Below, in pieces: positions 14,465-25,936 of a DNA stretch of 64,000 nucleotides. The notes under the pieces were generated by a model that was not told where the DNA came from, ran no database searches, and saw only the letters and a program-made list of their open reading frames with translations. The translations under genes were made by a program, and so were the position numbers. Each line of letters begins with the position of its first letter. Within the stretch, counting starts at the first letter, position 1. The stretch covers positions 341,992,001 to 342,056,000 of the forward strand of contig OZ024740.1 of NCBI GenBank assembly GCA_964016885.1, read 5' to 3'. The stretch is from Eledone cirrhosa (lineage: Eukaryota).

Positions 14465-14590
14465 TTACGATCTGAGTTTAAATCCCGCTGAGGTTGACTT
14501 TGCCTTTCATCCTTACGGGGTCGATAAAATAAAGTATCAGTAATGCACTGGGTAATTATTGGCCTTGTACCTAAAGTAGAGACAATTATT
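14465..14590 (+). mobile_element. Nin/Deu-domain-like SINE fragment; also ~29060-29190 and 29230-29440
   Basis: ctgagtttaaatcccgctgaggttgactttgcctttcatcct...ggggtcgataaaataaagta motif. Confidence 0.7.
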
Positions 14591-14696
14591 TCAAGCTACT
14601 TCAGATATGTTTCAATGTTATCTTGCTTTTATTAATACGGAGGTTCTCGACCTGTTTTTGTCCCATTTACTCTATAGCAATTATTATTATTCTCCT

Positions 14697-14869
14697 CAGG
14701 GCCTATGAGAGAGGGGGGGGTCCAACCGGTACTTTGTTCCAAGGACCAAGAGCTAAGAAGACCCCCCCCCACATCAACCATGCAGCATCTATTTTGAGAA
14801 AAATCTTTGCTTGCTTCGGGGTCCAAAGAGGTCTTGCACTGCCTTGCAAAATTTCTCTTGGAGGCCCTG
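14697..14869. mobile_element. hAT-like MITE
   Basis: TIR cagggcct/aggccctg; 8-bp TSD attctcct/attctccg. Confidence 0.75.
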
Positions 14870-16551
14870 ATTCTCCGCTCAATTAGACCACTATATTGGC
14901 AATACAATAATTAAGAAGTATAAAATACTGATTGTTTAATTCAAAACAGTAGAAAGAAAACAAATGGGTATTTTGATAAACAGAATAAGCTTATCAAGAA
15001 GGTTATATGGCCTAGTGGTCAGGGTGCTGCACTCACAATCATAATGATGTGAGGCCGATTCCTGGGCTAGGTAGTGTGTTGTGTTTTTCATGATAGGACT
15101 GGTGATTAAAACACCTGAGAAACCTTTCATGAGATACAACCTAGTAGGAAGCCAGATAAACCTGCATAGGTAGGAACTGTAAATTGCCAAGTAGTATACG
15201 TCAAATTTTCTTCTTAACTTCAGATTGTTTTTAATTATAATTGAAAAGAATATTTACAAACCAAGAATCAGCAAATTTACTACCTGAGTAGGTGAAATTT
15301 TCCCCAAGTGGGAAACCCTGCTTTAATTAATCAATAAAAGGTGATGCTCATTTTCTCTTATCTGCCATTAGTTACCCTATTGATGCTACTGATATATATC
15401 TGAAATCTCAACAGTACTTACTGTTCTTTCAACACTCTCAAAGTTTCTGCAAGGGGCCTCCACTCAATTTCATTTATCTATTTTTGTTCCTCATTAACAT
15501 TGAAAGCTATACTTAAGATATAAATATAGCTTCTGTCAATATAAAAACTCATAGATAAGCTTATGGCATAAACTACTCACTTTTATACCATAGGAAGCTA
15601 TCCTAACTTTAAAGAATCCCTCATATGCAATAAGAAGTGGTCTAGGTTTTAATGAATCACTCCTGTATAACAGCAAGCCTTCTTGACCTTAAAGTCTTCC
15701 TTTTGTATAATACAGGACTTCCCATCCTTTTTTTGTTCTTTTTATCCCAGGGTATCTCCACTTTGTTTTGTTCAGTAATTTGTGTTTATATCCCTACTAT
15801 AATAGAACAACTAACAAAGGGGATATTTTAAAATACTGTTTTTAACATTATTACTTTAGGTTCAAATAACAATAACAACACAAAACAATTTTATCTTTTT
15901 TATGACCAGTTAATGAAGAGCATGTACTGGTACTGGGCCAAATGTAGTCAGTGTGGACCAAATAAAGTCAGTCAATATAAATACATCTGTTAATGAGACT
16001 CGTACTGACTGTTAAGTCTAAATCTGTAGAAAGAAATGAAATGAGTATTTTAATCAACAAAATAGGCTTACTTAAAATTTTCTTCTCAACTTCAGATTTT
16101 TAAAGATTATAATTGATAAAATATGTACAAATCCAGAATCAGCAAATTTCCCTCTTCAGTAGATGAAATTTATCCCTGGTTGAGGACTCCTCTTATAAGA
16201 GGAAGTATAGAAATCTTGCTTACTTTCATACCTCACTGAAAATGGCTTTTGCTTTTCAAATTTCATCTAACAAACAATATAATCTTGTATCTATATATTC
16301 TTGTGTATATGTCTCTCTGTGTGTAGGTGTAGTTCTTTAGCCTGATTTAAGAGCTTGTTCCACTGGAGTTTCCCTGACATGTTGTCGGTTCCTCAGAAAG
16401 GAAAAGATCCGTCCAGTCATGAGTTTGATATTTAAAGAAACATTAATAGAAATGTAGACATTTTAAAGCATCTGAAAGAAAATAATCAGTCTCAAGTTTA
16501 TAGTGAAGATTATTTTTAGATCAAATTTTTAAAAAAATGCAGATTATTGCA

Positions 16552-16755
16552 TGTAGTGCAAACTCTTGCATATACATATATATAGCACCAACTACAGTGT
16601 AACTAGTTGCATGTATATAACAGCAAGTGTAGTGGAAACTTGCATGTACAAAACATTAATTGTAATGCAACCAGTTGAACGTACATAGCACAAACTATAG
16701 TGTAGATGGTTGCATACACATAACACCAAGTGTAGTGCACACTGTTGCATGGACC
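16552..16755. repeat. Degenerate ~35-bp minisatellite (~6 units)
   Basis: Recurring tgtagtgca-n-gttgcat-n-cataacaccaag-like units. Confidence 0.65.
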
Positions 16756-17324
16756 CAATATTTCTTCAGTCCCTTCCCTTTCATCTAGATCATGTTTTCT
16801 TTTCACTTTACGTGTTGTTGATTTTCTCTCTCTCTCTCTCTCCCTCTTCCTCTATATATTTATATATTTGTGTGTGTAAACAATGAGACCCACTGGTATA
16901 TTATGTAAAGCTTCACATATTTACACAGAAAAAGCATCAGTGATCTCTTAAGTGAGTGTTTTTTTTCTCTTCTTTCATTTGTTCACATAAACATACACTC
17001 ACCTGAAAGATCACAGATGGTTTGTGTGTTTAAATGTGTGAAACTTTACATAATGTCTTAGTGGGTCATTGTTTACACACACACATATATGTATATGTAT
17101 GTGTGTATATATATATATATATATATGTATATATCATCATCATCACCGTTTAATGCCCATTATTCCATATATATATATATATTTGGTAATCTGTGGTACT
17201 GGGACCGGGAAAACCACAAATCAAGGAAGTACTCAATACATGGTATGATGCAGAGTGGGTAGATTAGAAAATGTATAGGGTCGACCGTGAGTTTGGCGGT
17301 TGATCCTCTACTTTTACTAATGTA

Positions 17325-17355
<31 letters not shown>

Positions 17356-17736
17356 GTGTGTGTCTGTGTGTCTATTTTACATTATTTTTTCAGTCTGGTA
17401 TGGGCTATATGTCTTGCTCATAGGTTCCATATTCTGGCATGATTTCTGACTGGATGCCCTTTCTAATACACAGACTGTACTGAGTGCACCAACACCACAG
17501 AAGTTCTCTTGTCCACTGCAGGCTAAAAGGAAACACTTTACTTTGGGCAGTCTTCAATTTTTCATTACATTTACTTTTAGTGTTGCTCTAATTCTATTGG
17601 TGGTGGGTGGGTCATTTTTAGATGGAGAGTTACCAATCTACATGATGCTGTGTCATCTCCTTCATGAGGTTCAGATTATATAAAGATATATATTTGTATT
17701 CTTTCTCTGTTTTGAACATATATATATGTGTGTATG

Positions 17737-17767
<31 letters not shown>

Positions 17768-17771
17768 GTAT

Positions 17772-17803
<32 letters not shown>

Positions 17804-17808
17804 ATATA

Positions 17809-18698
17809 CAGGGTGCGGACGATATTTGTTTCAAAGATTACTGTCTAGGAAAAAAAACACATTAGTTTTATTTTTTAAGATATATTTATCAAACTTGGGT
17901 CAGTTTGTCTTCATGACTTGTTCTTTCGATCTCACTCGATAAACCCACCATTGGCTTTGATGACGGCCTCAAGGCGGCCTCGGAACCGGCTACAGGCCTT
18001 CGTCACTGTCCCCCGACTGTTCCCCTAAAGGCACTTGTGATCCCGCCCTTCAGATCGTCTTTCGTATTGCAGCTAGATCTGTTGGTGTCTCATTCTACTG
18101 CGTCCCACACAAAGAAGTCGAGAAGGTTGCAGTCAGGCGAGCTGGGAGGCCAGATGTCAGGTGAAGTGTGGTCGATGAACTTCTCTGACAGCCAGGCTTG
18201 GGTCTTTCGGCTGGTATGGCAGGGCGCTGAGTCTTGCTGCCATATGTACGGCCTACCTGCAGCTACCTGGTCGATCCAGGGCTTTACTACCTCGCTCAGA
18301 ACGCGGATGTAGCCATCAGTGTTCAGCTTGAGGCCCTGAGGGAAGAAATGAGGTGGCATGACGTCACCTTGACTGCTGACAACACCTAAGACCAATGTTG
18401 TCGCTGGAAACTTTGTCTGCATGACTCTGGGCATGTCTTTGGATGAGACAGCGAGCCACCTGTTGTTCTGGGAGTTGATCTTCTGATCCTTATTTGTCCT
18501 CCCGGCGCGGATTCCAAGAAGAACTCCGTGTCTCTTCCACAAATTTGGAGGTTCAAAATTATTCATAATCAATTATTCTGAAAATAAATAATAGAAATAT
18601 AGTCACTGTTTTTATGAAGACAAGAGTGACAACGGAAGTAAAAAAATTTGCATGAAATTAGCAGTTGAAAATTGAAAACAAATATCGTCCACACCCTG
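17809..18698 (-). mobile_element. Internally deleted Tc1/mariner element of DD37D (maT) type
   Basis: TIRs cagggtgcggacgatatttgttt / aaacaaatatcgtccacaccctg flanked by TA. The ORF at 18090-18572 has QQDSAPCH...WPPSSPDCNLLD, with 37 residues between the last two Asp. Confidence 0.9.
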
Positions 18699-18748
18699 TA
18701 TATATATATATGCGTGTGTGTGTATATATGTGTATATATATATATATA

Positions 18749-19200
18749 CGAGGTGGTATCAAAAAATTCCTGGACTAGTTATGTTTGAAAAAATTAAAAT
18801 ATTTACCTAACTTTTAACATCATCTCCTTCGAAATAGTAACCTTGCATAGTAATACACTGGTCCCAGTGTTCCTGCTACTCTTGGAATCCGGCCTGAAAG
18901 TCATTTTCCGTGAACGAGTTGAGGACCTTCTGCGATTCATTCTGGATCTCAGCAGCAGTGTTAAAGCAGCGACCTTTGAGCTGCATTTCCTGCTTGGAAA
19001 AGAGATGGATGTCCGTGGTTGCGAAGTCTGGTAAATAGGGTGGGTGCGGAAACGATACAATGTTGTTTTTGATTTCGGTGACGGTGCATTGTCGTCGTGA
19101 AGAATCCAATTCTTTGCAGTCAACAGATCTGGTCACTTTCTCCAAACATCCTCCCTCAAATGCTTCAAATCGTTGCAGTAGAACTCTCAATTGACGGTGT
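18749..19200 (-). mobile_element. Mariner transposase 3' remnant with one TIR
   Basis: WILHDDNAP and HPPYLPDFATTDIHLF motifs in shifted frames; ta-cgaggtggtatcaaaaa terminus. Confidence 0.85.
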
Positions 19201-20789
19201 AACAGGAGAATAGTGTATTAATATATTTGTATGTATATATATATACATATATATACACATACATACATACACACTAGTGTTAATATAATTTCTAGTCACC
19301 AATATGACCAACTCTCTCTCTATATATATATGTATGTATATGCATGTGTATGTGTGTGTTTACCTCCCTCAATTTATACCAGTGATATTATGGCAACTAG
19401 TTGCATCTATGTGTTAGTAGATTATTATCTGTCAGCAAACGTATCCAGGATCTCCCATTTTTCTATCTACACACAATATTATTTGTCATATAATATATAT
19501 CTCATTGTGGTTATTGTGGCATGTTTAATATATATCAACATTTTCTTTTAATGCATCACTATATCTTTATGCTTTTTATGTGGAAAAGTGTGTATTTTTG
19601 CCTCAAAATTCACAATTTGCTCTCAATGGAAAATTTTGAATCTTGAATTTAAGTATCTTAAAATGTAATTTTATTTCAGAAATAATTCAGACCAAAATGT
19701 ATTTTGAGAAATGAAGGTAGTATTGGCCATAAGTTGTTGGTAGAAAGTCTCATTTTGATTGGTTGTCTTTCAAATAGGCTGAACTTGACTTTTCAATCCT
19801 TAATATGCATCATATAACTAATAGCAGTTTTTAATCTTTTCTTTTTTTTTAATATTAAACAAGCAATCACAAAATATATGAAAACTTTATATTTAGATTT
19901 CATATAAATCATATAACCCAATGTCCTTAAAGGGGGACTATGTAATATAAAATGTATTATGATCCATTGGCACTAAAAAGGAGCTATGATATATGTGCTG
20001 AAGGTGTCATGAGATGCTTTATTGGTACATGAAATATATATTTTCTTTATGATTTTCTAAATTAAAAAAAACAAACAAAACCTGGCAACTTTTAATTTAT
20101 CACCTCTGGAGTGTCTATAAGGGCTTAGTGATACCCTGCTAAATAAAAAGGGGCAAATGTTTTAGATGATTATTGCTAATGAAGATACACACCCTGAAAA
20201 AGGTTTACCAACCCTTGACTATGCTATGTAAAGGACATACTGTATATACTCATATATAAGCCAAGAAATACGTAACAGAAAAAAAATTGATGGTAAAATG
20301 GGGGTTGGCTTATATTCCAGGTCAATATTTTACCAATTTTCATTAACTTTAAAATCCTATGTAAATGAAGTACTAAAATATTTTTGCTTTGGAGGTGATT
20401 ATTACATGGGTTTAACATTCAGCCAGAAATTTGTATTTATTGTTTTTGATACGTTTTGAATGGTTATGGCCTTCAAAACTGCCAGAAAGCGGTAAAAAAA
20501 TCACTACATAAGTTGTGAAACAAAAATGATACACTAAATGGCACTTAGAACATTTTATACATCAAAATATTGAAACTTCAGGAATATATTCTCTACTTAT
20601 GAGAATTTCAAAACCACACCATTTAAACATAATGTGTTGATTACCTAATATATTTTAGATCAGATATAAATATTTGTAGATCTTGATTGTCATTCTAATA
20701 CTGAAGACGACACATATATATATATATATATATATATATCAGCTTCTACTACAACGTAATATAATATCTGTATACAACAACTACAACGG

Positions 20790-21030
20790 TACGCGATGGG
20801 GCGCATCCACAGCCCGGCGGACAGAATGGAGAAGGCGTTTCCCTGGAGGACGGCAAGGGAGATGCGCTGGAAAATCCACTCCAACTTGCGGGGCTCACAC
20901 CTGCGGCTGGCCAGCTCAGCGCCTATGGTGGTGAGTAGGGAGGTAGCCCTGGGACCGAGGACACCAGAAGTCTCCAGTGTCTTGGCTTATAAATGGGGTT
21001 TGGATTTTTGCCTCGGATATAAAATAGAGG
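20790..21030 (+). repeat. GC-rich dispersed repeat, related to 3140-3257 and to the arms of the 3258-3569 hairpin
   Basis: gacagaatggagaa...cacctgc...gtgagtaggga...agaagtctccagtg aligns by eye to 3165-3385. Confidence 0.6.
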
Positions 21031-21819
21031 GTTATCATGTATTTGAGTATATATCTTTATTTATTGTCACTAATGGGATCTATGTTACATAAACAATTTA
21101 TTGTCACTAAAGATGGCTATGCTATATAAAGGACATTATAATCTATTTTAACTTACTAAAATTATAATTATTTTATCCTGATCATAAACATTTTATTTTA
21201 TTTCAAATACAAGCAATATGAAGTAGAAAATGGTTTTTGTTTAATTATGCATTAAAAACCTAATAAGAGTTTTAGATTGCAACTAGTTTTAATGGGGGGA
21301 CAACTATTTCACCCAATTTTTAGGATTCTCTCTCTACTAAATGCAGAAAATTATCATCTTCTTTTTACATTCACATCTCCATGCTGGTATGGGTAGGACA
21401 TGTCATTTGTTAGGTAATTATTTCTACAGACAGATGACTTGTGAAGGCACATAACTTAGTGATTATGGTATTCAGTTCATGATCGTCAGATCATGAGTTC
21501 AATTCCCAGTGGTGCATTGTGTTCTTGAGAAAGGCATTTTATTTCATGTTGCTGCAATCCACTCAACTGGAAAAAATGGGTTGTATCTGTAATCCAAAGA
21601 GCCAGCCTTGTCACACACAGTGTCACACTGAATCCCCTTTAGAACTATGTTAAGGGTGCCCATGTGTGTGTGGAATGCTCAGACACTTGTATGTCCCAAC
21701 TTATGACTTCCATCAAACTGTAAGCTGTGGGATGTATTGTTTTACGCCCAACATAAATGATGTTAACAGTCACTTTAAACAATGTCAGATTGAGACAGAT
21801 ATATAAACACACACGCGTG

Positions 21820-21970
21820 CATGTATGGCAGGCTTCCATGCAGTACACATCTACCAAATTTTCTCAGAAGCCATTTGATGACCTGTGGCTGAAGTAGGTG
21901 TTGTGTTGTGGAATCAATCCTAAAATCATGTGGCTGCAAACTGAACTTCTTAACCACACAGCCATGCCTG
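21820..21970 (-). mobile_element. tRNA-derived SINE head, second family
   Basis: Reverse strand reads ggcatggctgtgtggttaagaag...ccacatg...tttggtaga...gaagcctgcc. Confidence 0.7.
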
Positions 21971-23276
21971 TAAATACCATATGCTTTCAATTTATTCCTC
22001 AAGATTTCAGGAAATACTAGTATGTTTTTTTGTTAGTATAACATTTTATATATTTACACAAACCCCTTATCCAATGTATTTGTCAGCAAGATGTCTTCTA
22101 GTTTTCTTGCAATTTTTCAGTTTCTATTGCCTTAGCTAATTTAACCCTTTTGAAACTAATTTGCTTGAAACTGCCTCTGTTTGTATGACACATAGTAAAT
22201 ATATATAGAATAATGTAAATGCTAAAGTGTTAAAGTGTTTATATTTATCTAAAAAAAAATCATAATAATTTTATGTAAGAACCTTTAAGTTGTGTTTCAA
22301 ACACCAAGTTAATAACGATAAAGTTAGTCATATTACTGTCTCCAAATTTTTAATTATTTTCAAAAGAATTTGAAAATTATAAGCAGGTCTTTCATTAGAA
22401 ATAAGGTAACAAAAGAGTTAAATATATAATCTACTTCAAAACACAAAATAGAACACAGTCATGCTTTCTACAATGACATTTTAAGAAGGGAAGAAACTAG
22501 AGATAGAAAACTATTTTAAAATAGTATCTTACATTCTTATATAACTTGTCTCTCTGGTAATCTCAATATTTTCATGAGTCAGAGACAGAGTCCCTTTGTC
22601 ACAGCACCTTTAGTGATATTTATGACTTAATGGTTAGGATCCTGAGCTCACAATAGTAAGTTTGTGAGTTTAATTCCTGGACTGGGCAGCACATTGTGTT
22701 CTTTAACGAGACATTTTATTTCACATGGCTTCAGTCCACTTAACTAGAGAAAATGAGTTGGAATGATACTGGGGCCAAGCTGTATTGGCCTTGGCCTTAG
22801 CACAACAACAGAGGGTAGAGTTGTATGTCTGGGTGACTGTTGGCCTTCCACAAAACATCTGACCCAGGCTTTTATTAAACTATAATAGAATATAAAAATA
22901 TAAAAATCAATATTTTTTTTAATAATCAGTTAATTTTCACAGGTTGATTGAAAACACATTTTCTTCGTGTATATTTCTCTCAGATGCTTATAATAGTTTT
23001 CTTTCTTCTTTATGTTGCTCATTCCATACAAGAATGCAAAACCTTCACTGTGCCTTTTCTGTGCAACTGTTCTGCTGAAGTCCAGGAAAATATTCAATAT
23101 ATATAGTATCATAATATGTATTGAATTCGTCTCCATTGCCAGTTTCTACAGATTGATCCAGTTTATGATGACACCATTATTTTTTTCATTCAGAGATGTC
23201 TTTATAAAATCAAAAAGAGATTAATGTGTTGGACATGTTTACCAGCTAAAATATAATGGTTATGTGTGTTAATTTG

Positions 23277-23312
<36 letters not shown>

Positions 23313-23498
23313 GAACCAATGCCAACACAAAACAGGCATTGAAATTATGCCAATGGTCATGATATATATATATATGTGAGTGTGTGTGTGTGTGTATATA
23401 TATATATCTATAAACAAAAATAAATGGAGGAGAAGGCAATACATTTAAAAACAAAATTTACTCTTCACACAGTATATATATATACATACACATATATA

Positions 23499-23576
23499 CA
23501 GGGTGTCTCAAAAAATATATACACACTTCAACAGCATTCTAATCAAAGTGTGTATACATTTTTTTGGGACACCCTG
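23499..23576. mobile_element. Tiny Tc1-like MITE; related copy at ~41404-41502
   Basis: ta-cagggtgtctcaaaaa...tttttgggacaccctg-ta. Confidence 0.75.
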
Positions 23577-25391
23577 TATATATTCAGTTTATGTTGGATG
23601 GTCTAATTAATGAGTAGATCTAATCATTTCAATTAGTAGACTGTGATGCAATAAACAAAAGCACTTGATGTTATGCCTATCTTCCATCAAAGTTGTGGTA
23701 TCTTGTGGTTGGTGCAGAAATGGAATTAAATACTTCAATGAAAACAGAAGGCCGGAGTTCAATAAATTCCTAAAATGTTGCACACACAATACATATTTCT
23801 ATGGCCAGCTTACACCATCAAGTGTAATGAACATAAAAGATTTAGTTCAGTAATCCCTACTGAGTTACAGCGGCAGCCTGGCCAGTGATACGATCACTAC
23901 AACAGATGTTTACATTTTGCTGTAACCCATGTTCATTACACCTGATGATGTCACTGATTGTCTTGCATCATGGTCTAATGATGTAAGCCAACTATAGATA
24001 TATGTATTGCATTATTGTGAAACAAAGGAATTTATTGAACTCCAACCTTCTGTTTTCATTGAAGTATGTATATATATATATATATATATATATAAAGAGA
24101 GAGAGAGTTAGTTCCACAACAAAATAGCAAACCATATTTGAGGATGCGCGTTTCACTTAATTTTCAACCCCACTCAGTTAAAAATCCACTAGATGAAACA
24201 CACGTTCTCGAATATGGTTTGCTATTTGGTTGTAGAACTAACTCTATACTGAACTCATCCTCTGGACTGAGTGCTCTACTTACTACAGGTATAACCTCCT
24301 GGCTTTTTACCACTATATATGTATAAACTGAAAGGTGTTCTTTGTGAAAATGTACATAGAATATTCAATCATTAACTGCTCTGGAGTACTCAATATATGT
24401 GAGCAGAATATAAGATTCATTTATCAGAAAAAAGAAATATATGTGTATGTTAAAGAGTATTTTTTGTTTGCATGTGGGAATAACAAGGGACCTACACCTA
24501 GAGGAATGTATGACGTTTTTCACTGGAAAGCTTTATTCTATTCAACAGTTGGCACTTGATCAGTTTCACTTTGCTCAGTGACATTTAGATGATAAGAAGT
24601 GGCTATTCCACATAACAACAGTATCATACATTTACTGTTATGTTTTATCCCACATAATATCGAATCTATGAGATTTTGATATTTATTTTGAGAACAATAC
24701 CTTAACATCAGTATGAGTGCCTAGTTACAGCCAGTTTGAACAGAAAGAGGTAAGAGAATTTTGGCTAGATACAGCTGGTTTAAATGCTAAAAGGTTAAAT
24801 ACTCAGAAGGCTCTCTAAAAGTAACTGATACCTTCCATTACCTAGGTGACCTAATTAGCAGTGGAGCAAGGTGTTCCTAAAGGATAGTATTCAGAGTTAA
24901 GTATGGTGTTTGAAAATGTTCAGAGAGCTATTACTTCTACTGACAACAACAGGATTATCTCTCTGGGTGAAAAGTAGATTGTATGAAGTGTGATATTGCA
25001 TGGTAGCAAAACAAGCAGTGAATGCAGAGGTCACATGCCAACTGAAAATAATTGAGGTGAGCATGCTCTGTTGGATATGTATTGTTAATGTATATGAAGA
25101 ACAGAGTACAAATGAGTTGAAAGAAAAACATTTGTATAAGAAGAATCAGATATAGACATTGCTGGTATGGAGGATGATAGTTAAGTAAAGAATTGCCTGG
25201 CAATCTAAGTTGAATGGATCTGTGAAAGAGTTGATCAATAAAGACAAAGGAAGAAGTAGTGAAAACTGATCTTAAGAGGCTGGACCTCACAAAAGAAATA
25301 CAAAGGGCTGCAAGAGAAGTCATTTCCAACTCATGCAAGCATGGAAAAACATGTAAAAATGATGATGATATGTTTTGAGTATTATTTATAA

Positions 25392-25594
25392 CAGCAGTCA
25401 CTAACCAGTGGTCCGTGGACTACTGGTGGCATTTATAATTTTGTTATATTTAATAGGTGCATTTCATATTAATTAAATGGAAGTTCTCTGATCATTATTT
25501 TACAAATATATTTATCTTTTTAAAAAAATTCATATTAGTGGTCCGTGGGATTTAAAATTATGAACTTAGTGGTCTGAAAGGTTGGCGACCGCTG
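25392..25594. mobile_element. hAT-like MITE; another at 26112-26185
   Basis: cagcagtcactaacc/ggttggcgaccgctg with atttataa TSD. The second copy has cagtgg...ccactg with atctaaac/atgtaaac flanks. Confidence 0.65.
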
Positions 25595-25840
25595 ATTTAT
25601 AACACCTTTTGTGACAGCAAAATATTCCCATTATGTCAACCTACAAAAAGACCTTAGAAACAATTATTTCATGGAGATATCTGTATATAATACTTTATTA
25701 ATGATCTAATAAGTATCCTTGAAAATTAGTTGAAACCCTGTTGTTGTTTCATAAGATCCATAGAGAGTTAGTATTGTCTAGATACACTCTTATTGTCTTC
25801 ACTTTCATTAATGTTTATTGAACCTTATTTTCCCTGACAG

Positions 25841-25936
25841 ATGAGTGGCCTTCCCTCACTCCATCCGTAACATTTCCTTGCACTGCTCTTAAGGAAACCT
25901 GTTCCCAATTTAACATCACTGCTTTAGTTCATACAG
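25841..25936 (+). CDS. WDR59: Candidate WDR59 exon (96 nt, phase 1 to 1), (N)EWPSLTPSVTFPCTALKETCSQFNITALVHT
   Basis: ttttccctgacag acceptor and CAG|gtatgt donor; open frame in register with flanking exons. No homology recognised. Confidence 0.5.
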
